Shown: positions 46,045 through 61,143, counted from the first letter of the stretch. The stretch: DNA of 64,000 nucleotides from an uncultured Verrucomicrobiae bacterium (GCA_963806855.1 CAWDYW010000001.1:480001-544000); one strand, 5' to 3'. Program-made: numbers and translations. Notes: generated by a model not told the origin, from the sequence alone.

Positions 46045-47079
46045 ACATTGAAACCCACCTCATCGACATCATCGAAGGAAGAAAAGCGGCCCCGGTGACC
46101 AAAGCACTGCTCAAGGTCATGAGCCACTGCTACAGGACTGCTGTCACTGTCCGCAATTTTGCCTATGATTGGGTGATCCCTTCCGTCCGGCTTTCAGTCC
46201 CGGTGATCAGCGTCGGCAACATTGTCGCAGGTGGAACCGGAAAAACCCCCTTCATCCACTACCTGGCCAAAGAATTGGGAGAGTCTGAGGTAGCGATTCT
46301 ATCGAGAGGTTACCGGCGTAAAGGGAATCAAACGATCGTCGTTAAAAATGGGTCCTCTCCTCAGGAGTGCGGCGACGAGCCCTTTTTGCTCTTTCGAAAA
46401 CTTCCCAAGGCCAAAGTGATCGTTGGCAAAGACCGGTGCCATCAGCGGCCGCATTGCCCAAGATTCAGGGGCAAAGTTAATCCTCCTCGATGACGGGATG
46501 CAACATCGGCAGCTCCACCGCGACATTGAAATTGGCGTGATGGATGCCCGCGATCTGTTTGGTAAGAACCATTTCCTCCCTCGAGGGCTGCTGCGCGATC
46601 ATCCAAAGCGGCTTGCAAAAGCAGATCTGATCATTTTAAAAGGGGTAAAAGATGAGCCCCACTTTGAGAGCCTAACCGCCCGGATTCGGCAGGTGAGCGA
46701 TGCCCCCATCACCGCCATGGAGCTGATCGTCGAAAATAGTATCGAGCTGGCCAGCAAAAAAGTGGGCGTTTTCTGCGCCATCGCCGCCCCAGAGCGCTTC
46801 ATGGACACCCTCAAAACCATGGGCTGCGACATCATTCTCAAAGAGAAAAAGGCCGATCATCATCCCTACACCGAAGAAGAAATTGAGCGACTGGCCATCC
46901 TCGCCCGCGATCAGGGGGCCGAATGTTTGGTCTGCACAGAAAAAGATGCAGTCAAATTGCCAGCAAATTTGAAATTAGTCACCCCTCTGGTCGTCGCTAA
47001 AATCGTTTTAAAACCGACCTTTGGCAAAGAGCATTTAGAAAATTTAATCAACGAGGTTCTCCATGAGCAGCGATTTTGA
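46041..47079 (+). CDS. lpxK: Tetraacyldisaccharide 4'-kinase; one frameshift near 46437
   Basis: ISVGNIVAGGTGKTP, LSRGY, GDEP, then LDDGMQH, LPRGLLR, CTEKDAVK. Confidence 0.9.
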
Positions 47080-48223
47080 AGTTTTGCTCCCCAAACTCGG
47101 GGAAAGCATCCTCTGCGCGACAGTCGTCAACTGGTTCAAAAAAGAGGGGGATCTGATCAAAAAGGATGAGCCCCTGCTCGAAGTGGCGACCGACAAAGTC
47201 AACAGCGAAATCCCTTCGCCCATCTCCGGCGTCCTCAAAAAAATCCACGCGAAACCCGATCAGGAACTCCAAGTCGGCGAGCTTCTGGCCACCATCGCCA
47301 AAGAGGGGACAGTGATCGCCCCCACGACCCATGCAGAAGCCCCTGTAGAAGTCGCTCAACCCACATCCGACCAAAAAGACTACTATTCCCCAGCCGTTCT
47401 GAGGCTGGCTCGGGAGAAAAACATCTCCTTTGACCAGCTGGAAAAAATCCAAGGGACCGGAGCCGGAGGACGGATCACCAAAACAGATATTGAAAATTAC
47501 AACCCCAAGCAGTGCCCCCATGCAGCTCCAGCAGAGGGAACCGAGCACATCAAGTTGAGCGGCATGCGCAAAGCGATCGCCGACAACCTTGTCCGCTCAT
47601 TTTATGCCGCTCCCCACGCTTCCCTTGTGACCGAAGTCGATATGACCGCCATCATGGGCACCATCAAACAAGAGAAAGAGAGCTTCCAGAAAAAATATGG
47701 GGCCAAACTGAGCGTCACCGCCTTCGTCACACAAGCGATTGCCAGCGCATTGCAAGAATTCCCCTGGCTCAACGCCTCACTGCGGGACGACACCATCGTC
47801 GTCAAACACTTTGTCAATATTGGAATCGCAGTCAGCGTCGATCAAGGAATCATGGTGCCTGTCATCAGAGACTGCCAGAATTTGAAGTTGCCCGAGATTG
47901 CGATTGCCATCAGCGATTTAGCTCAAAAAGCCCGCTCAGGGACCCTAAGCCCCGATGACGTCAAAGAGGGGACCATTACGCTTACCAACTTCGGCATGAC
48001 CGGCGTGCAGATCGGCATCCCCATCATCCGCTATCCAGAAGTGGCCATTGTCGGCATGGGCTCGATCGATAAAAAAGTGGCCGTCCTAGAAGATGGAGAA
48101 TTTGGAGTGCGAGACATCATGCACATTTCGCTCACCTTCGACCATCGAGTCATCGACGGCATCTATGGCTGCGGCTTCCTAAATGCCCTGAAAAAGCATT
48201 TAGAAACCGATGCCGAGACTTAA
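47063..48223 (+). CDS. 2-oxoacid dehydrogenase E2 (dihydrolipoamide acyltransferase)
   Basis: Lipoyl EVATDKV, E3-binding GTGAGGRITK, catalytic FDHRVIDG. Confidence 0.93.
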   Translation: MSSDFEVLLPKLGESILCATVVNWFKKEGDLIKKDEPLLEVATDKVNSEIPSPISGVLKKIHAKPDQELQVGELLATIAKEGTVIAPTTHAEAPVEVAQPTSDQKDYYSPAVLRLAREKNISFDQLEKIQGTGAGGRITKTDIENYNPKQCPHAAPAEGTEHIKLSGMRKAIADNLVRSFYAAPHASLVTEVDMTAIMGTIKQEKESFQKKYGAKLSVTAFVTQAIASALQEFPWLNASLRDDTIVVKHFVNIGIAVSVDQGIMVPVIRDCQNLKLPEIAIAISDLAQKARSGTLSPDDVKEGTITLTNFGMTGVQIGIPIIRYPEVAIVGMGSIDKKVAVLEDGEFGVRDIMHISLTFDHRVIDGIYGCGFLNALKKHLETDAET

Positions 48224-49060
48224 AGCGAGTCCGTGGAGCGTTAAATCGCCTTGATTGGCGATGAATTTCCCTGGGATTTCCGTCGAAATAAAGCGGGCCA
48301 ATTGGTTTTGGCCAAAAAAGAGGAAAACTTCCCACCCGATCCGGCTATAGAAATTGCAAAAGCGGAAATCGAGCCCCAGAGCCGCTTCAAGGATAAAGCA
48401 GAGCTGATGGTATTGATCAAAGTAAACTAGATCATGGGGCTCTCCAAAGAGCCCTTCACTCTGGTGAATATAAAATTTACCATAAGGCAGGCTCCCGGCG
48501 CCCCTGGCAAATAGCCCAAACCACGAATTCCAGCGCCACAGACCCTCAAGCCCCCCGATCGGCCCTACTCCCCAAAATTTATTTTTCATATTGATGAAGT
48601 CGGTCTCGCCAGGAAATGCGCTGCCGCCAGAGTAGTAAATCCGCAGTTTATGCCGAATTTCAGCATAACGGAGGCCAAAATAGGGCCATAGCTCAAGACA
48701 TTGGCAAATGGCAAAATAACGATTAACCGCAAGATCCGCGAGCCCCAGATGGAGCCGCCACATATTGTAGACACTATCAACAAATCCTTGAGAGGCGACT
48801 GCCGGATGGGTCCACGTAGGAAAAAATTGAGCCCCCGACTTATTTTCCCGATTGCGCCCATGATAGTGGGTAAATTGGAGCAGCAGCCGCCAGCAGTCGC
48901 AGGGGAGGGCGATCCCCACGGCGGCTCTGCCCCCAAAACGGTATTTAAACTCCGGATTGAGCACATGCTCATCCTTAATTGCATAATGGACCCCATTTTC
49001 ACTGGCCTGAAAATAGAGAGCGTCGACTTGTGCGTAGTAGGGTGCAGCATCCATATTCAT
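48200..49060 (-). CDS. Lpg1974/MOMP-like outer-membrane beta-barrel protein
   Basis: DALYFQASE.G..YA, FWGVGP..G, GWE...F..NQ, GDLTLHGL..C-terminal F; no obvious signal peptide in this ORF. Confidence 0.7.
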   Translation of the reverse strand: MNMDAAPYYAQVDALYFQASENGVHYAIKDEHVLNPEFKYRFGGRAAVGIALPCDCWRLLLQFTHYHGRNRENKSGAQFFPTWTHPAVASQGFVDSVYNMWRLHLGLADLAVNRYFAICQCLELWPYFGLRYAEIRHKLRIYYSGGSAFPGETDFINMKNKFWGVGPIGGLEGLWRWNSWFGLFARGAGSLPYGKFYIHQSEGLFGEPHDLVYFDQYHQLCFILEAALGLDFRFCNFYSRIGWEVFLFFGQNQLARFISTEIPGKFIANQGDLTLHGLALSLGIGF

Positions 49061-49179
49061 AGATATGATAGAGAAAAAATTTGAGTTGTCAAGTGAATAT
49101 TTTAAAAAAAAATTTAGGGTTTATTAAATAATCGTTGCCGTGGTATTATAGTTCTAAATAAAAACCAATAGGAGGCGTT

Positions 49180-50298
49180 ATGCCAATAGACAATATTACT
49201 GCTCCAAAGTTCTTTGAACATCTTTCTGAGCAAAATTATGATATGAATTTCAGTATCAAATCAAAGAAAGTCGGCAAAGATACTGTTTATACAGTTGCTG
49301 AAGAAGCAAAACCCGGATTCATCGATCATATCGCCAAGTGGTTTGTCCCGCATAAATACCCTGAACAAAGCCCAGATGCAATTGAAGCTCAAGCTCAGAT
49401 TTTAGTCGATCTCTTTAAAAAGCATCAGAAAGATCTTGAAACGAATGCGAATTATAAACCTGCTGAGATGGCAAATAATCTGGCTCGAAAAGCGACTGAA
49501 ATCGCCGAAACAGTCGCCCCAGCTAAGGCTGAACAAATTCAGAAGAAGTTTGGCGAAGCCATCGCACTCTTGACGGATGCAAAAGATAAAGCAGCGGTGA
49601 AGTGGTATTCTGAGAACCTCGCACATAAGGATGTGCCTGCAGAGAAGGCAGCAGAACAGAAAACATTTTATAAAGAGTACAGCGAGCATGAATTCTATAA
49701 AGCCTTTGGTAGAACAGGAATGTTCAGAGGATTTAATGAGCGCATACACGTGATTAGCGAAAATGGCCAGTTTAAGTTCTATACAAGCCCACGCCTGTCA
49801 ACTGCAACTCAATGGTTCTTCGGTTCAACGGACCTCATCGAATCTCCAGCAAGAAAGCAAGCGACATTTACGAAATTAGCGGAAGCGTTAAAACTTCACC
49901 AAAACTTTATTGTCAGAGAGCAATATAACGTCGATGGGATGATTGCGAACTTGAAATCGCTCAAAGGTGGAAGAGTCACACGCAATACTAATGACGTTCA
50001 GGCCAATGCAATCACTGCTCAAATTGATAAAGCGATCCGCACACTCGTAGATGCTAGAAAAGCAATTCAGGAGAACAACGATAACACTTTTACAGCAAGA
50101 CTATGGCGTTTCGGAAAGAATTGGATAGTCCTGCCCGTTCATAACGTCACAACGAAACCTCTCTACGATTACACAATCGGGTTGGCGATTAACAAGACAT
50201 CAGAAGCTGCTTCATGGGCTTGGGGCTGGACTGGTGGTGCTGTGATCGATGCAGTCGTCGGCGTAAAAGACGGTGTCCAAAAAGTGATCAACGCCTAA
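49180..50298 (+). CDS. Hypothetical helical protein (effector-like)
   Basis: AGGAGG SD, 372-aa ORF, downstream terminator. Confidence 0.75.
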   Translation: MPIDNITAPKFFEHLSEQNYDMNFSIKSKKVGKDTVYTVAEEAKPGFIDHIAKWFVPHKYPEQSPDAIEAQAQILVDLFKKHQKDLETNANYKPAEMANNLARKATEIAETVAPAKAEQIQKKFGEAIALLTDAKDKAAVKWYSENLAHKDVPAEKAAEQKTFYKEYSEHEFYKAFGRTGMFRGFNERIHVISENGQFKFYTSPRLSTATQWFFGSTDLIESPARKQATFTKLAEALKLHQNFIVREQYNVDGMIANLKSLKGGRVTRNTNDVQANAITAQIDKAIRTLVDARKAIQENNDNTFTARLWRFGKNWIVLPVHNVTTKPLYDYTIGLAINKTSEAASWAWGWTGGAVIDAVVGVKDGVQKVINA

Positions 50299-50323
50299 TT
50301 TCTAGAGCAATCTTTAAACACAT

Positions 50324-50353
50324 AAAACCTCCAAGGTGACTTGGAGGTTTTTT
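50324..50353. terminator. Bidirectional rho-independent terminator
   Basis: AAAACCTCCAAG-GTGA-CTTGGAGGTTTTTT between convergent genes. Confidence 0.85.
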
Positions 50354-50355
50354 CA

Positions 50356-51807
50356 TTAATAGATTTCGTTGTTTGAAAAACCAGGCTTTCCATCAAAGAG
50401 GTAGAGGTTTTCGGTTTTGACGATATCGAACCCCTCGTCTGCCAGGGCCTGCAGAGTTTTCAAAATCTGATCTGGATTGACCCCTTCTCCCTTTTGTCTT
50501 AAGCAAAATCTGGCTCTAAACTGATCGATGCAAAAAGTCTCGGGATGCCCTTCTGGCCAAACCTTTGCCCCTCGATTTGTCATCAGCTTTAACATCAAGG
50601 GCGCTCCGACCTTAGCCAGAGCCTTGCCTAGCTCATTAGGGGCGATTTTAGAGTATAAAAAGACATCAACCCCAATACATATCCTCTTCTCCACTTTGGG
50701 GGCCTTAGAAGCGAGCGCTGCGAGTTTCTCAGCCGGGTGGTAGGAGGCAGCTTTGAGCTTCTGTGGCTTTTGGCCCAAAAACTTTGCCACCGCATCGGCA
50801 AATTCCTTTGTCCCGACAAGAACTTTGCTCACCCCTTCTTGATAAATATCATAGGTGTGAATTCCCTCTTCGATCGTCTTCAGCCAAGCATTGTGGATCC
50901 TTTCGGCCACATCGTGGAGTCCCAAGTGGTTAAGCATCAGCACTGCGGCGAGTAATAACCCCGAAGGGTTGGCTGAATTGGTCCCGGCGCGGCGTGGAGC
51001 AGAACCGTGAATCGCCTCAAACAGCGCCCCATGGTCCCCGATATTGGCCGAGCCCCCTAGCCCGACAGATCCGGTCAATTGTGCAGCCACATCCGAGAGG
51101 ATATCTCCGTAGAGATTGGGGAGGACAATCACATCGAATACCTCGGGATGATCGGCTAATTTCGCCGTCCCGATATCGATGATCCAGTGCTCCGTTTCAA
51201 TATCCTTGTATTCAGCGCCAATTTCCTCAAAAATTTTATGAAAGAGCCCATCGGTCAGCTTCAGGATATTGTCCTTCGTGAAGCAGGTCACTTTTTTTCG
51301 CCCATTGGCCCGGGCATATTCAAAGGCAAAGCGGATAATTTTTTCTGAGCCGGGTCGAGAGATCATCTTGATCGCCTCGCAGAGATCAGGAGTTTGCCGG
51401 TATTCGATCCCTGTATAGAGATCCTCTTCATTTTCCCGAATGATCACCAGATCCATTTTCGGGTGTTTCGTCGCAATAAAGGGAGCATAAGAGGCGCTGG
51501 GACGGACATTGGCATAAAGACCCAGAGTTGAGCGGATCGTCACATTGAGACTCTTATAGCCGCCTCCTTGAGGGGTGGTCACTGGACTCTTGAGCAGGGC
51601 GGCCGTACTGCGTAGAACATCCCAAGTCAAAGGCGACATCCCCGTTTCCATCCCGGCCAAATAGCATTTTTCACCAATTTCGATTGGATGATACTCGAGA
51701 TTTGCACCCGCCTCATCGAGGACATAGCGGACGGCTTGCATAATCTCCGGTCCGATTCCATCCCCTTCGGCAATTGCAATTGGGATTTTTCTACTTGTCA
51801 TCAACAC
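50356..51807 (-). CDS. icd: NADP-dependent isocitrate dehydrogenase (about 480-aa type)
   Basis: GDGIGPEI, TTPQGGGYKSLNV, RENEEDLY, NLYGDILSD, FEAIHGSAP. Confidence 0.95.
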   Translation of the reverse strand: MLMTSRKIPIAIAEGDGIGPEIMQAVRYVLDEAGANLEYHPIEIGEKCYLAGMETGMSPLTWDVLRSTAALLKSPVTTPQGGGYKSLNVTIRSTLGLYANVRPSASYAPFIATKHPKMDLVIIRENEEDLYTGIEYRQTPDLCEAIKMISRPGSEKIIRFAFEYARANGRKKVTCFTKDNILKLTDGLFHKIFEEIGAEYKDIETEHWIIDIGTAKLADHPEVFDVIVLPNLYGDILSDVAAQLTGSVGLGGSANIGDHGALFEAIHGSAPRRAGTNSANPSGLLLAAVLMLNHLGLHDVAERIHNAWLKTIEEGIHTYDIYQEGVSKVLVGTKEFADAVAKFLGQKPQKLKAASYHPAEKLAALASKAPKVEKRICIGVDVFLYSKIAPNELGKALAKVGAPLMLKLMTNRGAKVWPEGHPETFCIDQFRARFCLRQKGEGVNPDQILKTLQALADEGFDIVKTENLYLFDGKPGFSNNEIY

Positions 51808-51846
51808 CCATTAACCCTTATCTTATTTTATTGTTAGGAGATTTAT

Positions 51847-52830
51847 TTGAAGATTTCAAGCGAAATAACCACCGTCTTACAAAGCCTAGCAGACCAGCAG
51901 CGGCAATTTATCAACTTCTTTTTTGATCAACTCGATCTCGAGCAAATCGAAAAAGTGGTCCATGCCTGCTTCCAGTGCCAAGGGCTCATCATCCTCACTG
52001 GCGTTGGCAAGAGCGGCATTATCGCTGAAAAAATCGCGATGACCCTAACCTCAACCGGTAGTCGCGCCCTCTACTTGCCTGCCGCCAATTTTCTCCATGG
52101 CGACATTGGGGCGCTCACTTCGCAAGACGTGGTCCTCATGCTGAGCAAAAGTGGGGAGACAAAAGAACTCCTCGAGCTGATTCCTCATGTGCGGCGCAAA
52201 GGAAGCAAGATCATCACCATCATTTCCGATCTCAATAGCCCATTATCCAAAAAAGGGGATCTAGCCGTCCACCTACCCGTTGAAAAAGAACTCTGTACTT
52301 TCGACCTGGCCCCGACCACCTCCACCTCTGTACAGCTCCTCTTCGGCGACCTACTGGCCATGGCCCTCATGAGAGAGAAAGGGTTTACCCTAGAACATTT
52401 TGCTGAAAACCATCCTGCCGGATCGATAGGAAAGAAAATCACCCTCTTTGTCAGCGACCTGATGAAAACCGGCGATGAGCTTCCACTCTGCAGCCCCAAA
52501 GATCGGCTCGTTGACGTCATTGTCGAACTTTCGAACAAACGGTGCGGCTGCCTATTGATCACAGCTGCAGACCAGACCCTCCTCGGAATCTTCACAGATG
52601 GAGACCTAAGGCGAGCTCTCCAAGCCCATGGGGCCATTGTCCTCGAGAGAAAAATGGAAGAGCTCATGACCAAATCGGCCATCACCGTCGAGACGGATGA
52701 TTTAGCCTATCAGGCCCTTCAAAAAATGCAATCAGAGCGATTCGTCCTAGTTGCCCCAGTAGTTGAGAATAACAAAATTGTCGGATTGATCCGCATGCAC
52801 GACATTGTCCACAAAGGAATAGAGAAATGA
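51847..52830 (+). CDS. kdsD: Arabinose-5-phosphate isomerase (KpsF/GutQ)
   Basis: TGVGKSG, HGDIG, SKSGET.E, APTTST, HPAG, CBS pair. Confidence 0.93.
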   Translation: MKISSEITTVLQSLADQQRQFINFFFDQLDLEQIEKVVHACFQCQGLIILTGVGKSGIIAEKIAMTLTSTGSRALYLPAANFLHGDIGALTSQDVVLMLSKSGETKELLELIPHVRRKGSKIITIISDLNSPLSKKGDLAVHLPVEKELCTFDLAPTTSTSVQLLFGDLLAMALMREKGFTLEHFAENHPAGSIGKKITLFVSDLMKTGDELPLCSPKDRLVDVIVELSNKRCGCLLITAADQTLLGIFTDGDLRRALQAHGAIVLERKMEELMTKSAITVETDDLAYQALQKMQSERFVLVAPVVENNKIVGLIRMHDIVHKGIEK

Positions 52831-54107
52831 GCAACCTCCTATATCCGCTGATCCTAACCGTATTCGGGCTAGGTTATCTCGCGATCATCTTCGAACATGT
52901 GATCAAAATCAATAAGACCGCAGTTGCCCTCCTCATCGCAGTCCTCTGCTGGGTCATCTACTTTACCACTACAATGCACCCAGCTGAACATGATCTGATC
53001 CTCCTAGGTAAACATGTGTCAGACGTCTCACAGATCATCTTCTTCCTCATAGGCGCCATGACCATCGTCGAATTGATCGACTCCCATAAAGGCTTTAAAG
53101 TCATCACCAACCTCATCCGGACCAATTCAAAACGCAAGATGATCTTGCTCATCTGCATCCTCACCTTCTTCCTCTCAGCTATCCTCGACAACCTGACCAC
53201 CACCATCCTGATGGTATCCCTCCTGCGCAAATTCGTCCCCGTTCACAAAGAACGCTTCCTCCTCAGCTGCCTCGTCGTCGTCGCAGCCAACGCCGGAGGA
53301 GCCTGGACCCCGATCGGCGACGTCACCACCACCATGCTCTGGATCAACGGCCAACTCTCCTCCCTCAAAGTGATGAAAGCCCTCTTCCTCCCCAGCATCA
53401 TCTCCCTTTTGGTCCCCGCGCTCTACTACTACTTTAAGCAGAAAGGAAACTACACCCAAGCGACTCCAGAAGAGCTCGATGGGGAAACCCCACCTGGCTC
53501 CCGCCTCGTCTTCTTCGTCGGCATGGGCTCCCTCGTCTTCGTCCCCATTTTCAAAACCCTCACTGGACTCCCTCCCTTCATGGGCGTCCTCCTCGGCGTC
53601 GCAGTCCTCTGGGTGATCACTGATATCCTCCACTACAAATACGAGCAGCGGCATCATCTGCGCATCCCCGCCATCCTTAATAAAATCGACACAGCGGGCG
53701 TCCTCTTCTTCCTCGGGATCCTTCTCTGCATCAACGCCCTCGAATCTGCTGGCATCCTCACCGAGCTTGCCCAGTGGCTCGACCGCGAAGTGCAAAACCA
53801 AGTCCTGATCGCCACCCTCATCGGCGTAATCTCTGCCGTCATCGACAACGTCCCCCTCGTCGCAGGCACCATGGGCATGTACCCCCTTTCCCAAATCCCG
53901 ATGGATTCTAACCTTTGGCACATGATCGCCTATGCCGCCGGTACAGGAGGGAGCATGCTCGTGATCGGTTCCGCCGCCGGCGTCGCCCTGATGAGCCTCG
54001 AGAAAGTCGACTTCATCACCTACATGCGCAAAATGACCATCCCCATCCTCATCGGCTACCTCGCCGGGATTGGGGTGATCGTGTTGCAGAACTATTTGTT
54101 CTCATGA
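52827..54107 (+). CDS. nhaD: Na+/H+ antiporter NhaD
   Basis: LDNLTTT, AANAGGAWTPIGDVTT, IDNVPLV, GSAAGV. Confidence 0.92.
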   Translation: MSNLLYPLILTVFGLGYLAIIFEHVIKINKTAVALLIAVLCWVIYFTTTMHPAEHDLILLGKHVSDVSQIIFFLIGAMTIVELIDSHKGFKVITNLIRTNSKRKMILLICILTFFLSAILDNLTTTILMVSLLRKFVPVHKERFLLSCLVVVAANAGGAWTPIGDVTTTMLWINGQLSSLKVMKALFLPSIISLLVPALYYYFKQKGNYTQATPEELDGETPPGSRLVFFVGMGSLVFVPIFKTLTGLPPFMGVLLGVAVLWVITDILHYKYEQRHHLRIPAILNKIDTAGVLFFLGILLCINALESAGILTELAQWLDREVQNQVLIATLIGVISAVIDNVPLVAGTMGMYPLSQIPMDSNLWHMIAYAAGTGGSMLVIGSAAGVALMSLEKVDFITYMRKMTIPILIGYLAGIGVIVLQNYLFS

Positions 54108-54200
54108 GTGAGATTTGAACCCGGTTTATATTCAAATTCTTGAGCATAAATTCTAATTATAATATAAATTTGGTCGTAAATTGAATTATTTAATGAAAAT

Positions 54201-55370
54201 ATGTTTGGACTATCCTCAGTAACTTCCGGCTCAGCAGTTCAGCCTCAAGCGCCTGCAACAAGCCCTTCAGCCGTAGAGCCTGCTAGAGAAAAACGCTCTG
54301 AAGAAGCCCCAGTACCGGTCGGCAAGCTGGTTCCAATGAAAGGGAGCCAATTCGATTTCCCTATTGTAGGAATAACACGCAAAATAATAGATAATGAATC
54401 CATTGATGGTAAAAGCTACATGACCGATTTTCTTCAACGGACGGATATCCCTGAGCAGCTCAAAGCGTTTGTCGGGACATATATTGGCAAACATAAATGC
54501 AAGCAGGGGAAAATTGACTGCCTCGACTACCCTGTTATTGCCCTCTTATCAAACGAGGCAATGAAAGCACATTTAATGGAGTACCAAACCAAATATGGGA
54601 TCCACATTGAGATGTGTAATGGCGTGGATTTAGCAAATACATTACAACAGCTGAAAGACAATCCGCCTTCGTCGTCACCCTTTGGACTGATTGTACAGTC
54701 TGAATATGAGGAAGGTCATGCGACACCCCTTCTATGCCATTTCACTCTAGATACGCAACAAGTTGTTATTATGGACGCATTAGGATCAAACAGCACCTGG
54801 GAGACTGTTAAGCAGAGCAAGTCAGCTTGCCTAAACGCTCGCATCGGATACAGGGAGGCTTTTAAGCCACGCCAAGCAGATGGTTTTTCCTGCCGCACAA
54901 GCGCAGTGATTCTTCTTCGCAATGCGCTTTTAGACATCATGAATAAACAAAACACCCAGAGCTTTACAGCTATCTTCGCAATGACACAGCCTGTCGAGGA
55001 TCAGGGGGAAGGCTCAATTTGTGTGATTCCACGCGAATGGGATTATACTGACCAAATCACCAATCAAGCGAAAGCTGCTGATGAAGCTTATGTGCCTCGC
55101 CAGCATATTAGAGGCAAGCCTCCCATGACCGTTACAGAATTCAGGGAGCGTCACACCAATGCAGTGATGTTTGAATATCAACTCGAACTCGACTATATGG
55201 ACTCCGATCCTTCAGCATTGGCGACTCTTACATATCCTCCAGGCGTCGAGGTTAGAATAAGTAACGCGAAGACATTAATCTTAAGCTGGAGAGGCACAAG
55301 AAGGATCAACACCTACCTCGTCTACAAAGGGCAGCGCAATGCGATCCAAGAGCTAGGCAACAAAGCCTAA
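54201..55370 (+). CDS. Candidate CE-clan cysteine protease/acetyltransferase effector
   Basis: S/P/A-rich N-terminus; GHATPLL...MDALGS...RQADGFSC gives H-D-Q-C order. Confidence 0.6.
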   Translation: MFGLSSVTSGSAVQPQAPATSPSAVEPAREKRSEEAPVPVGKLVPMKGSQFDFPIVGITRKIIDNESIDGKSYMTDFLQRTDIPEQLKAFVGTYIGKHKCKQGKIDCLDYPVIALLSNEAMKAHLMEYQTKYGIHIEMCNGVDLANTLQQLKDNPPSSSPFGLIVQSEYEEGHATPLLCHFTLDTQQVVIMDALGSNSTWETVKQSKSACLNARIGYREAFKPRQADGFSCRTSAVILLRNALLDIMNKQNTQSFTAIFAMTQPVEDQGEGSICVIPREWDYTDQITNQAKAADEAYVPRQHIRGKPPMTVTEFRERHTNAVMFEYQLELDYMDSDPSALATLTYPPGVEVRISNAKTLILSWRGTRRINTYLVYKGQRNAIQELGNKA

Positions 55371-55411
55371 TATTACCCCTCCCCGCCCAGCCTCCTTCAT
55401 ACCCTCTTCAT

Positions 55412-55578
55412 TATACCCCGACTCGCCCAAAAGTGTGAATTTGGACCGCGCCAAAGCCTCGGGGTTCAGCTGTTTTTCCGAGGGTTGTATATATTCGATA
55501 CTACCCTCGGAAAAACAGTTGAACCGCGAGAGCTTTCGCGTGGGTCCAAATTCACACTTTTGGGCGAGTCGGGGTATA
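55412..55578. mobile_element. MITE-like element, long copy (167 bp)
   Basis: Same 32-bp TIRs as 33841..33927 plus inner stem TTCAGCTGTTTTTCCGAGGGT / ACCCTCGGAAAAACAGTTGAA. Confidence 0.88.
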
Positions 55579-55997
55579 CAAGGACTTCCTCACTACTGCG
55601 GGTTGATCCGCAATTGCCAGGCAGGGGAGTGCTGTGTCGCCGGAGATATCGATCGTGAACCCTCATCAAAGTTAACAAATTATTTTATCCATTTTTTTTC
55701 AAAAAACTAAAATTGGCTCCACAGATATCTGAGAGCAGATATTTAAGCCTTCCAGAAATGTTAATCAATTATTTTAAATTAAAATTGTTTGCGGAAAATT
55801 CGGCGCCTTAGATATATTGGTGTCTTCCTTTAAGCGAGATATCGATAAAGGAAAAGCATCAGCAGTGTTTAGCGATGCTAAAGCTCTTTTGACAACAGTG
55901 ATGAAGTGATGTACAAACGCTTGTGCAAACAAAGTTGAAAAACTTTGCTTGTCATATTTTTTAAATTAATTTCTAAAGACAAATTGTCAAGAATTAT

Positions 55998-57552
<1,555 letters not shown>

Positions 57553-57877
57553 AAAGGACAATAGTTTGTTCTTAGTGTTGAGATGAGCGTTTGTTACATC
57601 ACTTCTTTACTGTTGTCAAAGGCAGAATGTTATCTGGAATATCGTAAGTAGAGAGAATTAAGAACTCGCTTCGCGACCAAATTTTGGTCCCGAATTGAGT
57701 TTAAAATTCTCTCGTCAAGTATTATTTTTGATTCAACAGCGATAAGGTTGAATCAAAAAAGCGTCAATTTTTTTTATCTTCACTGATAGAGAATGGCGCT
57801 TGAGAATAATAACCATCATATTTGAATAGGATTGGCGAGAAACTAAGTTTTTAGTTTCAGAACCACAAAAATTTTGT

Positions 57878-60824
<2,947 letters not shown>

Positions 60825-60986
60825 TTTTTTTTCATCATCGGCGTGATTCTTACCACTAAATAGGAATCAAGCCAATGATGACCGCGCCAATTCTATCTCA
60901 AATTGAGGTTAGAATTTTCGAGCGCCTTTTTCTATCAATGAAACGCTTAATACCGAAACTTACGATTTTTCCAGTTTTAAATTTTT

Positions 60987-61101
60987 TCTGGTGGCACTAG
61001 AGAAAGGGCCATACCTGATCCCATCCCGAACTCAGAAGTCAAGCCTTTCTTCGCCGATGGTACTACACACAAGAGTGTGGAAGAGTAGGGCGCTGCCAGA
61101 T
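60987..61101 (+). rRNA. rrf: 5S rRNA
   Basis: TCTGGTGGC...CCCATCCCGAACTCAGAAG...GAGTAGG..GCTGCCAGA. Confidence 0.96.
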
Positions 61102-61110
61102 TTTCATTTC

Positions 61111-61143
61111 GAGCCTCAGAGTTTTCTGAGGCTCTTTTTTTTT
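61111..61143 (+). terminator. rRNA operon terminator
   Basis: GAGCCTCAGA-GTTT-TCTGAGGCTC followed by T9. Confidence 0.9.

Noticed and set aside
57553..57877. tRNA genes in the 16S-23S spacer
   Set aside because: Only processing-stem complements and hairpins; no cloverleaf or T-loop motif seen
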